A stretch of 64,000 bases of DNA from contig JBHIEG010000009.1 in assembly GCA_046760505.1 (NCBI GenBank), forward strand, positions 1 to 64,000. Direction: 5' to 3'. This DNA is from Candidatus Hydrothermarchaeota archaeon. Lineage in GTDB: Archaea > CAYFZR01. The position numbers were made by a program, and so were the translations under genes. Shown here in pieces: positions 48,826 to 58,133 of this stretch; within the stretch, counting starts at the first letter, position 1; every line of letters starts with the position of its first letter. Below the pieces are notes generated by a model. That model saw only the letters and a program-made list of their open reading frames with translations, was not told the origin of the DNA and made no database searches.

Positions 48826-49650
48826 ATGGTGAAAGAGATTAAAATCCAAGATCCATTTGCTAGGTTAAAGAAGGTAATAACTTCTCCTCCTTTATACCTC
48901 AGACCAGAGCCTATAGATGAGATATCTAGCAAGTGGTCTAGGATAGGCGATTTTGATAAAAATTTGGCGTTGGAGCAATATGAGAACTTTGTTGATACAT
49001 TGAAATCTGAGGGAGTGAAAGTTAAAATTTTAGAACCTTCTCCTGTAAAATGGAATCAAACATTTGTCAGAGACGTGGGATTTTCCTTAAAAAATGGAGT
49101 AATCATAGGAAGAATGAAAGAACATGGAAGAATGGGGGAGGAAGATCTTCTGATGAAGTTTTTAAAACTTATAGACATACCTGTAATCCATAGGGTAGAG
49201 AGGGGATTTTTGGAAGGCGGGGACATCCTTTTTATAAACGAGAAAGTATTCATTGGTCATGGGAACAGAACAGATCACGAGGGTATAAGAGAGATTAAAG
49301 ATTTTTTAGGTGATTTGGAGATAGATACCATTCATCTGAAGAAAGAATTTGTTCATTTGGATTTGGCTATGAATGTGGTAGATGATTCAACCATCTTGAT
49401 GTTTCCAAACGCTTTTCATGCGGAAATTAAAATTTCTGACTGGAACACCATACTCGCAAGCGAAAAAGAATACCTTACTATTCCAGCAAATGTATTACTT
49501 CTTAGAGAAGGGAAGGTAATAGCATCAGAGGAGAATCATCTTACAAATAAACTGCTGGAAAAAGAGGGAATAGATGTAGTTAGGGTAGAAATCAACGAAA
49601 TTCTAAAAGCAGGTGGAGGTCCAAGGTGTCTAACCTTTCCAATATATTGA
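48826..49650 (+). CDS. Amidinotransferase / dimethylargininase family protein
   Basis: FVRD, R.GE, LEGGD, RT, HLD, GGGPRCLT. Confidence 0.88.
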   Translation: MVKEIKIQDPFARLKKVITSPPLYLRPEPIDEISSKWSRIGDFDKNLALEQYENFVDTLKSEGVKVKILEPSPVKWNQTFVRDVGFSLKNGVIIGRMKEHGRMGEEDLLMKFLKLIDIPVIHRVERGFLEGGDILFINEKVFIGHGNRTDHEGIREIKDFLGDLEIDTIHLKKEFVHLDLAMNVVDDSTILMFPNAFHAEIKISDWNTILASEKEYLTIPANVLLLREGKVIASEENHLTNKLLEKEGIDVVRVEINEILKAGGGPRCLTFPIY

Positions 49651-49756
49651 GGATAATCAGCTCAAGTTTTAACTTCATTCATTTTATTTCTCCATTGCCG
49701 CAAAATAGAGAGGATCTCGCTTCGAAGTGTTAAAGCGATGTACTATCTATAAGGAG

Positions 49757-50170
49757 TTATATGAAGAGATTAATCTCTGAGTCTTTGGCGGTATTGATGT
49801 AGGTTCCGATACCTGCTACTTCTACATCATCGACGAAATCTTCTTTTTTAATACCCATTATCTCCATGGACATATCGCAAGCAATCATCTTTACACCAAG
49901 CTCTCTAAGATCATCAAACTGCTCTTGTAAGAGTGGAACATTTTTTTCTTTCATTTTCTTTTTCATAAATCTACTTCCAATGCCGAGATAATCTTTTTTT
50001 GAAAGAGTTATGTTTTTGAGTCCATCTTTCTTAATCGCTTCTAATCCCCAAAATGTAAAGAATATTGTTACGTCCATTCCGAATGAAGCCGCGCCATTTG
50101 CTATATTGAATGCGGCATACACTCTCTCAAAATCATTACTAGAACATATAATTGTAAGTTTTTTCGCCAT
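49757..50170 (-). CDS. DsrE/DsrF/DrsH-like (DsrE2) sulfur carrier
   Basis: FFTFWGL, IACDMSMEIMG. Confidence 0.88.
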   Translation of the reverse strand: MAKKLTIICSSNDFERVYAAFNIANGAASFGMDVTIFFTFWGLEAIKKDGLKNITLSKKDYLGIGSRFMKKKMKEKNVPLLQEQFDDLRELGVKMIACDMSMEIMGIKKEDFVDDVEVAGIGTYINTAKDSEINLFI

Positions 50171-50407
50171 TTACTCACCTGTTTTTTTAATTATGATCTT
50201 CCAACCACCTTCGGGAAGATCTAATATTTCTAAGACGGTATTCCCGGATTCTTTCATTGCAAGGGGCAATTCTTTCCTAGAGATATCGTGATCTATTAGT
50301 ATTTCAAGAATGTCGCCATGATTCATCTTAATCAACTTCTTTCTTGCTTCTACAAGTGGTTTTGGGCACAAGAGTCCTTTTGCATCCACGAAAAATGTGT
50401 TGGGCAT
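50171..50407 (-). CDS. tusA: TusA/SirA sulfur carrier
   Basis: DAKGLLCPKP. Confidence 0.88.
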   Translation of the reverse strand: MPNTFFVDAKGLLCPKPLVEARKKLIKMNHGDILEILIDHDISRKELPLAMKESGNTVLEILDLPEGGWKIIIKKTGE

Positions 50408-50416
50408 GGAACCACA

Positions 50417-50854
50417 TTAAAACGTCAATATCAGATTGTGATTCTCTATTTCCTTTACGAGTTCTCTATTTTCTATGAGTTTTACTCCATCTATCAAATC
50501 TTCGATGGATAACCCCCTTTTCTCAAGGGAGGATTTCAATGCATACAGAGTTCCTTGCAATTCGAGGAAATCTGATATGATTTCTAGGTTATTTGGTAAA
50601 TGTATATCCTCTGGATTTTGATGTTTTACTGCGCAATATACTCCGTCGCCCATTAAGATTATGGTAGCTTTCTGTTGTTTTGCGATAGCGGCATTTCCCA
50701 CGTATATGGAGCCAAGAACATCATCGATGTATCCATATGTTCCATGCGTGATAAGTATAAGCAAAGAAGGTACATCTCTCGTGGGTGGCGCTATTTTATC
50801 CAAATCTATAGTGCTCAAATCTGGCTCGCATTCATCACAATATTCTTCCTCCAT
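50417..50854 (-). CDS. DsrF-like protein with acidic N-terminal CxxC extension
   Basis: THGTYG, MGDGVY, SLEKRGL, C-terminal LTF. Confidence 0.75.
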   Translation of the reverse strand: MEEEYCDECEPDLSTIDLDKIAPPTRDVPSLLILITHGTYGYIDDVLGSIYVGNAAIAKQQKATIILMGDGVYCAVKHQNPEDIHLPNNLEIISDFLELQGTLYALKSSLEKRGLSIEDLIDGVKLIENRELVKEIENHNLILTF

Positions 50855-50858
50855 ACTC

Positions 50859-51455
50859 TCACCCCGGAAAACTAATGGATTGATGAGACTCTTTTAGCCA
50901 ATATATGAGATCGTAAAGTCCTACAAGGGGCAAATCCCCAACGATCACATCTTGTGTGAGTCCTCTAGCCTCTGCACATCTGGCGCATACTTTAATGTTG
51001 ACTCCTTTTTCTATCATCTTCTTGAAGTGTTCTTCGATGTTTGGAAAATTCTTTGGGTTTTGTTTTTTGTGGGGAGCCCATACACCATCTATGTAAAGAT
51101 AGAGATTTACATTGTACCCTTTCTCCCTGGCTTTTAGGGCGAGATTTAGAGCCACATCTGTATATTCAGATATGTAAGGACCTCTATTTAGCACTACTGT
51201 TAAAGTTTTCGCTTTTTTCTTTAAATAGATCTTTATCGCTTCTTCCGATTTTTCAATTCCTAAAACTTCATGTTTTTGATCTTTCGCCCATTCAGATATG
51301 TTATCAGGTGCATCTGGGTCTGTAGTGATTATTTCTAAAATATCTCCATGATTTAGTTTTTCTATCTCGGTTTTTGTAATAACTAGAGGATAGGGACACT
51401 TCTTTCCTCTAACGTCTATCGAACGAGTAGGTTTTATTTCATCCATATTCTTCAC
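50859..51455 (-). CDS. TusA-DsrE fusion protein
   Basis: DVRGKKCPYP plus GPY...DGV...VCARCAEARG. Confidence 0.85.
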   Translation of the reverse strand: MKNMDEIKPTRSIDVRGKKCPYPLVITKTEIEKLNHGDILEIITTDPDAPDNISEWAKDQKHEVLGIEKSEEAIKIYLKKKAKTLTVVLNRGPYISEYTDVALNLALKAREKGYNVNLYLYIDGVWAPHKKQNPKNFPNIEEHFKKMIEKGVNIKVCARCAEARGLTQDVIVGDLPLVGLYDLIYWLKESHQSISFPG

Positions 51456-52328
51456 CTAAAAGAGCAAAACCCTATCCCATTGCTCCATAATCAAATCAAC
51501 TAGATCATCGTAGGGTCTTTCCGTAATTTTTATGTTCTCCATTAGCATTTCTTTAATTAAACCATTGGCTTTGAGATGTGGATCACTTGCTGTGATCTCT
51601 CCTCCTTTTTCCAGAAAGGTTTTAAGCAGAGGCTCAATCTGTGATCCCTTCTTTGCAGTCCAGACGCCATCACTTAGAAGAAAAATTTCTGCTCCATTTT
51701 CCTCTTTGAGTAAGTCAACCGCTAACATCAAAGCATTTTCTATATTCTCGTTATTAAAAGGAGGTTTTGTAATTATTATCCCAATTTTGTTCTTCTTCTT
51801 ACCCAAAATCTCATCTATAATCTCTATAACTTCCTCCGGAGATAAAACTCCTTCTATTGCTTTTCCATTGAAAATGGAAGTGGGTGCTTTGATTATTCCT
51901 CTCTTCTCAGCCTCAGGAGATGGAAAAGAGAGTAACTTTACCGTGATGTTTTCTTTTTTATCGTAAATAGCCTCAAAAATGTTCTTAGTTAGTGTTTGGC
52001 ATCTCTTTCCTGGAGGTACATTTCTAAAGATCTCTATCAATATTCCTTTTTCTTCCAAGGCTTTTCTAACTTCCATTGCATGTTTTATTTTTTCTATGAG
52101 TTCTTCCTCGCTCGGTACGCCAACTATAACCAGTTTATTATCTATTGCTATGGATGGAGTTCGAGTGACACCATATCTTGCTGCTTTTATTTTTCCTTCT
52201 TCTTCGTCGGTGCTTATTTCCACGTATTCTACCTCTGGCATCTCACCTACTACTTTTTCTATGATTTCTTTTGCGTATGGACAATCGCGACATTTTGAGG
52301 CTGTGAACAACTCTAATAGAACTTTCAT
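51456..52328 (-). CDS. Thioredoxin-thioredoxin-DsrE/F fusion
   Basis: CRDCP Trx unit, second Trx unit with a single Cys, KPPF...SDGVW DsrE/F fold. Confidence 0.75.
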   Translation of the reverse strand: MKVLLELFTASKCRDCPYAKEIIEKVVGEMPEVEYVEISTDEEEGKIKAARYGVTRTPSIAIDNKLVIVGVPSEEELIEKIKHAMEVRKALEEKGILIEIFRNVPPGKRCQTLTKNIFEAIYDKKENITVKLLSFPSPEAEKRGIIKAPTSIFNGKAIEGVLSPEEVIEIIDEILGKKKNKIGIIITKPPFNNENIENALMLAVDLLKEENGAEIFLLSDGVWTAKKGSQIEPLLKTFLEKGGEITASDPHLKANGLIKEMLMENIKITERPYDDLVDLIMEQWDRVLLF

Positions 52329-52391
52329 TTGTATCTCCATGGAAGCTGCTATTTTTCTATAATTTTACCTTATGAATCATATGCAAGCAAC

Positions 52392-52512
52392 TATAAATAT
52401 TTTACCACCAATAAGTGGTGTTACTTTGAAATAAATAAATCCTAGAGATAGAGTGTAATAAGTCCAATAAATCTAAAATTTAACACCACTTTCCAGTGGT
52501 AAAATATTTATA
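52392..52512. promoter_or_regulatory. Mirror-image divergent promoters, each with an ACCAC-N6-GTGGT operator upstream of a TATA box
   Basis: 52392-52423 and 52481-52512 are ~32-bp inverted copies (TAACACCACT....GTGGTAAAATATTTATA). Confidence 0.8.
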
Positions 52513-52570
52513 TAATTAGTAGGAGAATAGTACAAGCCTAGAGAAAGGTTAACAATCAACCGGTGGGAAA

Positions 52571-53314
52571 ATGGATATTGAAGAATCGTTAGTCCAGTTA
52601 GGTCTAAACAGATATGAGGTCAAGACCTATCTTGCAATACTAAAAAGTTCGGAGATATCTGCACCTTCAATAAGCAATATTTCTGGAGTTCCGTTTTCAA
52701 GGATATATGATACTCTTTCGAGTTTAGAAAGAATAGGTCTGGTAGAATGTAAGTTGCAAAGACCTAAACTCTATCGCGCAAGCGATCCAAGCATTGCCAT
52801 TGAAAATTTACTCAAAAATTTGGAGAAGAAGCAGAAAAAAGAATTGGAATATAAGAGCCGAATTGCAAAGAAGATTCTTCCATCTTTGGTAGAAATTTAC
52901 AACGAAAAATCTGAGGCGGATGAAACAATATGGACGATTCGAGGAAATGAAAATGTTATGAAAAAGATTGATGAGATAGTTCCAAAGACAAGAGAAATTC
53001 TTAGAATTGCAGGAAAAAAACCATTTTTCATGTTAGAATGTGGTGAGGTGGTTGAAAAGGCGGCTCTTAAGGGAGTCAAGATTAAGGCCATTGGAGAGTT
53101 CAATCCTGAGTGCATCGAACTCCTTAATCGCATTCATGCTAAATACAAAGAGTTTCAATTCATGTATCAGTATCTCTTAATAGGAGATGAGAAGTTTGTA
53201 CTTATCGTTGTCCACGATCAAAGTGGAATTCCTCTTGGAATATATAGTGAAAACGCTGATTTTGTCAAAGCAAATTTAGAACTGTTTGAGCGCATGTGGA
53301 AGGAGATAGAATAA
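52571..53314 (+). CDS. TrmB family transcriptional regulator
   Basis: LGLNRYEVKTY, SGVPFSRIYDTL, RPKLY. Confidence 0.9.
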   Translation: MDIEESLVQLGLNRYEVKTYLAILKSSEISAPSISNISGVPFSRIYDTLSSLERIGLVECKLQRPKLYRASDPSIAIENLLKNLEKKQKKELEYKSRIAKKILPSLVEIYNEKSEADETIWTIRGNENVMKKIDEIVPKTREILRIAGKKPFFMLECGEVVEKAALKGVKIKAIGEFNPECIELLNRIHAKYKEFQFMYQYLLIGDEKFVLIVVHDQSGIPLGIYSENADFVKANLELFERMWKEIE

Positions 53315-53481
53315 CATTGGCACACCTTTTTTAGGCTAAATCATACGAAAGTGATGGAAAGAAAAACTTTTTTCGTTATTTAACAAAATAATAGATGATT
53401 AGATATGATTGGAGAAGAAGTTGAAAAAACTGTTAGGGTTAGACTAAGGACTGTCGCCAATATCGATAAGGGGAATTTTCT

Positions 53482-55326
53482 ATGAATGTTAAGGTCTATA
53501 GTTTATCCACTTGTCCTTATTGTAGATTAGTAGAGAGTTTTTTGAACACTCATGGAGTAAAATATGAGAGAATAATGATAGACGAACTCAAGGGAGAGGA
53601 ACAGAAAAAGGCAATCGCAGAGGCCTATCGTTTAAGCGGTCAGAGAAGCTTTCCTGTTACTCGTATAAACGAGAAAACAATTATCGGCTTCGACGAGTCA
53701 ATGTTAACGAAGGCTTTAGGCCTTAAGGAAAAGGAAGTTGACCTATCAACACGAATAGATGAGGAAAAAAAGACAGATATCCAGCAATACTATGATCTCA
53801 TAAGAAAAGATGCTGAGAAAACCGGATACATCTTAAATCCAAATAGAGAATTTGTAGACATGATATTGTTGGGCCTTCTAGAAAATAGAGAACGCTATGG
53901 CTATGCCACCTGCCCCTGTAGATTGGCTAGCGGAAAAATAGAAGAGGACAATGAGATAATCTGTCCATGCACAAACAGAGATCTTTATCTCCAAAGATAT
54001 GATCGTTGTCTCTGCGGACTTTATGTCACCGAGAATTACAACCCGTATGATCCCACGAGCCCTTTTTGCCTCGCAGAGTATCATGAAGAAATGCTAGAAC
54101 ACGATGTTTCTACTCCAACTTACGTTAAGGTATTTGGTTACTCTATGATGGGCGTTAACGAAGAAAGCATCAAAAATAACTTCAAACAGGTGGTAAGTTC
54201 ATGTGAATTAAACCCGGAATATATAAGATGGAGAGAGAAGGATGCTTTAATTTCTAAAATCTTTGAAGATAGATACCGAGTAACTTTAAAAATGAATATC
54301 TCCAGAGATTTTTATACCTATCAGGTGTGGGCAATCTCAGTGAAAGAATCGCCATCTGAAATATTCAATTTAATAGATCTCTTTGCCTCACTGGATTTCT
54401 CTTGGAATCACAATCAATTATTTGCTTTAGATATCCTTTTGAATGAGAAGGATTTTTTCGATGAAAACCTAGATGATCTCCTACCAAAATCAGATAGGGT
54501 TGGAAGCAAACTCCGTGACGGTATTTGGATAATGACCAGCGACCAAGAAAAGAGGATAGGAAGGGAAAGATATATCGTCACTCCCATTCGAGGAGATATC
54601 GTTGAGGATATAATAACCATAGAATCCAGTTATCACCTCTTAAATCTAGAGAAGCAAAAATATACTCTGATATCCGATCGTTTGAGTCGAATCGAGGATG
54701 AAACAGTATCTAAATTGGGATCTATAAGCATAAGCCTACCCAAAGCAAGCCACGAACTCCTAAAGGACTGGATGCATGAAATTAGCAACAGTTTCTCTGA
54801 GATAGCAGGCATTACTGAGGAGGTGAACCACCACTATCTCGATGCAACATCACATAGAGATAGCTTAAAATCGATATTCGAAGAGTGGAATGAAAGTACC
54901 ATAGACAATCTTCCATTGATCTCATCTTCCATTCTAAGCAAGGTTAGGGATATCGAGAGAGATTACGAAAGACTGTACAATAGAATAGATGGCATACGCA
55001 AGGAAATGGAAGACACTATCAATATTTTAAGAACAAAAATAGATTTGATTCAACAGAAACAGAGTTTTGACCTCCAGAAAAGTATGCATGTTACTACACA
55101 GACACAACTGGATCTACAGAAAGCGGTCAAAGGAGTGTATGTATTTTTAGTGGCATTTTATTTCACTGAACTTGCAAGAATAGTTTTCGAGGCAATGGAA
55201 GCGAGAGGAATAATTCATATTGCACCCTCCATACCAACTGCCTTGTTCATTCCGGTGGCGCTTTTTTTGGGATGGTTACTATCGATGAAGACAGAAAAAT
55301 TGATCAGAAGGAAAAGGGAGCATTGA
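53482..55326 (+). CDS. Glutaredoxin-FTR catalytic domain fusion with C-terminal helical and two-TM membrane domain
   Basis: CPYC; CPC/CPC/CLC; long helical region; two hydrophobic segments at the C-terminus. Confidence 0.75.
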   Translation: MNVKVYSLSTCPYCRLVESFLNTHGVKYERIMIDELKGEEQKKAIAEAYRLSGQRSFPVTRINEKTIIGFDESMLTKALGLKEKEVDLSTRIDEEKKTDIQQYYDLIRKDAEKTGYILNPNREFVDMILLGLLENRERYGYATCPCRLASGKIEEDNEIICPCTNRDLYLQRYDRCLCGLYVTENYNPYDPTSPFCLAEYHEEMLEHDVSTPTYVKVFGYSMMGVNEESIKNNFKQVVSSCELNPEYIRWREKDALISKIFEDRYRVTLKMNISRDFYTYQVWAISVKESPSEIFNLIDLFASLDFSWNHNQLFALDILLNEKDFFDENLDDLLPKSDRVGSKLRDGIWIMTSDQEKRIGRERYIVTPIRGDIVEDIITIESSYHLLNLEKQKYTLISDRLSRIEDETVSKLGSISISLPKASHELLKDWMHEISNSFSEIAGITEEVNHHYLDATSHRDSLKSIFEEWNESTIDNLPLISSSILSKVRDIERDYERLYNRIDGIRKEMEDTINILRTKIDLIQQKQSFDLQKSMHVTTQTQLDLQKAVKGVYVFLVAFYFTELARIVFEAMEARGIIHIAPSIPTALFIPVALFLGWLLSMKTEKLIRRKREH

Positions 55327-55397
55327 AAATGTTAGGCGCCATCTTTATATAGGTGTAAAAATTCTCCCCAATTATACAAAAAATTCGAGGTGATTGC

Positions 55398-55577
55398 ATG
55401 CCTCCAGTTGTAGATCATGAAAAATGCGATGGCGATGGAATTTGCGTGGATGTATGTCCAACTGAAGTATTTGAACTTGAAGAAGGAAAATCCATTGTTG
55501 CACGTCCAGAAGAATGTATAGAATGCGAAGTGTGCGTTGATGAATGCCCTCAAGGAGCGATAACCTTAGAAGAATGA
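55398..55577 (+). CDS. Dicluster ferredoxin (59 aa, not in ORF track)
   Basis: MPPVVDHEKCDGDGICVDVCP...CIECEVCVDECP; RBS GAGGTGA. Confidence 0.92.
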   Translation: MPPVVDHEKCDGDGICVDVCPTEVFELEEGKSIVARPEECIECEVCVDECPQGAITLEE

Positions 55578-55786
55578 AATTTGAAGGGATAATAAGCACA
55601 ATAACCTGTTCGATGGACAGTTTTTAATTACTACTCATCCTTCCTTTCCTTAATGGATTCAGAAAATTACCTTTTTCACAAAAACCTAACATATCAGTTA
55701 GTGCTAGTGTTACGTAAGGTTAAGACAAAAAACTTTTAAAACATCTACGCAAACTATTTTCGAACAAATTTCCGAGAGAAAAGATA

Positions 55787-56029
55787 ATGAAAAGAAATTT
55801 AAAGCCAGATAGATCAATAGATCTAATTGGATTATACTGTCCAGTTCCAATTCTTAAGACAAGGGAAGCATTAGATGAGATGAAGGTAGGGGAAATCCTA
55901 GAGGTTCTCGCCGATGACCCGGCTGCAGAAGAGGACTTAATTCGTTTCGCAAAAAGAACAGGACAAGAACTTCTTGAAATAAAAAAGGAAGATGAGATCA
56001 TTCGTTTCCTCTTCAAGAAAGCAAAATAG
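55787..56029 (+). CDS. tusA: TusA/SirA sulfur carrier
   Basis: DLIGLYCPVP, ADDPAA. Confidence 0.9.
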   Translation: MKRNLKPDRSIDLIGLYCPVPILKTREALDEMKVGEILEVLADDPAAEEDLIRFAKRTGQELLEIKKEDEIIRFLFKKAK

Positions 56030-56050
56030 AATAAAAAGGAGTTGTTATTC

Positions 56051-56422
56051 ATGCCTGAACATAGAAAGAAAATAATGTATGTACAAACAAGTGGAGTAAA
56101 TACTCCAGAAAGACTATATTCTCCATTTATACTGGCACAAACAGCCAAAACAATGGATATCGATGCCATTATTTATTTCCTAGGTATGGGAGTTACCGTT
56201 CTTAAGAAAGGAGAGGCTGAAAAAATAAAACTTGGCAGTTTTCCCAGTCTTAAAGAGGTGATAGACCAAACCATCAAAATGGGTATTGAGTTCTATGTAT
56301 GTGAACAGAGTACTCAGCTTTTGAACATGGAGAGAGGAGATTTTATAGAGGGGACTAAGATAGTCGGAGCAGCCACCTTGAATGATCTTGTGTTGGAAGT
56401 AGATGGAGTAATGTGGTTTTAG
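56051..56422 (+). CDS. DsrE family protein
   Basis: PFILA, YVCEQS, VGAAT. Confidence 0.85.
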   Translation: MPEHRKKIMYVQTSGVNTPERLYSPFILAQTAKTMDIDAIIYFLGMGVTVLKKGEAEKIKLGSFPSLKEVIDQTIKMGIEFYVCEQSTQLLNMERGDFIEGTKIVGAATLNDLVLEVDGVMWF

Positions 56423-56436
56423 AGGGAAATGGAAAA

Positions 56437-57597
56437 ATGAAAAAAGTATACATGGACTATGCTGCATCTTCTCCAACGGATCCGCGTGTTATTGAAGCAA
56501 TGATTCCGTACTACATCGAGAAGTATGGAAATCCATCATCAATATACTCATTTGCCCATGAAGACAAATTAGCGGTAGAAGAATCTAGAAAAAAGGTGGC
56601 AGAACTCATTGGAGCTAGAGACGATGAGATTATCTTTACTTCAGGCGCAACTGAGAGTATTAACTTGGCTTTAAAGGGAGTAGCCTACAGAAATAAAGAG
56701 AAAGGAAACCATATCATTACCTCAAAAATAGAGCATATTTCAGTTCTGAACACATGCAAGTATTTGCAGAGAGAAGGCTTCAAGGTCTCGTATATCCCGG
56801 TAGACGAATATGGAACGGTTGATGTGGAGAAGTTAAAGGAGGAGATATCAGATAAAACCATACTCATTTCTATCATGTATGCTAACAACGAGATAGGGAC
56901 AATACAACCAATTAGGGAGATAGGAGAGATAGCCAGTGACAAGGGAATTTATTTCCATGTTGACTCGGTTTCTTCCTTGGGGAAGGTACCAATAGATGTT
57001 GTAAGAGAGAATATAGATTTGTTATCGATGTCATCGAACGATATCTACGGTCCTAAAGGTAAAGGAGCCTTGTATATTAAAAAAGGAACTAAAATAGTTC
57101 CCATTTTACATGGGGGTGGACAGGAACACGGTTTGAGATCCGGTACCGAAGACGTTCCAGGCATTGTTGGTATGGGTAAGGCTGCTGAAATTATGAAAGA
57201 AGAGATGGAAGAGGAGAGTAAAAGGCTGAAAAAATTGAGAGATATGATAATTAAAGGCGCCACTGAGAGCATAGACCATTGCTATCTAAATGGTCATCCA
57301 ACAAATAGACTTCCAAACAATGTAAATCTTAGGTTTAACTACATAGAAGGAGAGTCTTTAATTCTGAGCCTCGATATGTATGGAATTTATGCTTCTACAG
57401 GCTCTGCATGTACTTCGAAGACTTTAGAGCCTTCTCACGTTCTTATTGGAATAGGATTGTCACATGAACTGGCACATGGATCGCTACAACTCACGCTTGG
57501 AAAATCGAATGATGAAGGGGATGTCAAATATTTTTTAGAAGTTCTGCCAGAAGTAGTGAGCAAGTTAAGAGAACTGTCTCCATTAACACCGAGGTGA
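56437..57597 (+). CDS. iscS: Cysteine desulfurase
   Basis: YMDYAAS, GNPSS, FTSGATES, NNEIG, RSGT, STGSACTS; note SSNDIYGPKG at the usual PLP-lysine motif. Confidence 0.9.
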   Translation: MKKVYMDYAASSPTDPRVIEAMIPYYIEKYGNPSSIYSFAHEDKLAVEESRKKVAELIGARDDEIIFTSGATESINLALKGVAYRNKEKGNHIITSKIEHISVLNTCKYLQREGFKVSYIPVDEYGTVDVEKLKEEISDKTILISIMYANNEIGTIQPIREIGEIASDKGIYFHVDSVSSLGKVPIDVVRENIDLLSMSSNDIYGPKGKGALYIKKGTKIVPILHGGGQEHGLRSGTEDVPGIVGMGKAAEIMKEEMEEESKRLKKLRDMIIKGATESIDHCYLNGHPTNRLPNNVNLRFNYIEGESLILSLDMYGIYASTGSACTSKTLEPSHVLIGIGLSHELAHGSLQLTLGKSNDEGDVKYFLEVLPEVVSKLRELSPLTPR

Positions 57598-57601
57598 TTT
57601 A

Positions 57602-57979
57602 ATGTATAGCGAAAAAGTGATGGAACACTTCAGAAATCCTCGAAACGTAGGAGTAATTCCAGACGCGGATGGAGTAGGAACAGTGGGAAATCCCGTTTGT
57701 GGAGATCTCATGAGCGTCTACATAAAAGTAGAGAATAATATTCTAAAAGACGTTAAATTCCAGACTTTTGGATGCGGCGCAGCAATAGCCACAAGCAGCA
57801 TGATTACCGAATTAGCAAAAGGAAAAACCATAGATGAGGCGCTAAAAATCACAAAAAAAGATGTTGCAGAAGCTTTAGAAGGTTTACCCCCAGTAAAAAT
57901 GCATTGTTCTAATCTTGCTGCAGATGCATTGCATGCTGCAATAGAAGATTATAAGAAGAAAAGATCTCAGGAGAGTTGA
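57602..57979 (+). CDS. iscU: Fe-S cluster scaffold protein
   Basis: HFRNPRN, CGD, GCGAAIA, LPPVKMHCS. Confidence 0.95.
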   Translation: MYSEKVMEHFRNPRNVGVIPDADGVGTVGNPVCGDLMSVYIKVENNILKDVKFQTFGCGAAIATSSMITELAKGKTIDEALKITKKDVAEALEGLPPVKMHCSNLAADALHAAIEDYKKKRSQES

Positions 57980-57983
57980 TAAG

Positions 57984-58133
57984 GTGGCTTGTGAATTTTG
58001 TAGTAAGGAAATCCTTCCAGAAGATTGTCTCTTCGCCCTACATAAGAAGATTATAGATGATAAGGAATACGTTTTTTGCTGCTCAATTTGTCTTGAAGCC
58101 TTTGAAAAGAAAGAAAAAGGGGTGAAAGAATGA
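57984..58133 (+). CDS. TRASH/YHS-type metal-binding small protein (49 aa, not in ORF track)
   Basis: GTG start; CEFC...YVFCCSIC; its TGA overlaps the nfu ATG. Confidence 0.75.
   Translation: MACEFCSKEILPEDCLFALHKKIIDDKEYVFCCSICLEAFEKKEKGVKE

Noticed and set aside
52491-52499. TTCCAGTGG resembling an ORB (second origin)
   Set aside because: Lacks the AAAC/G-string and is explained as part of the ACCAC-N6-GTGGT operator.
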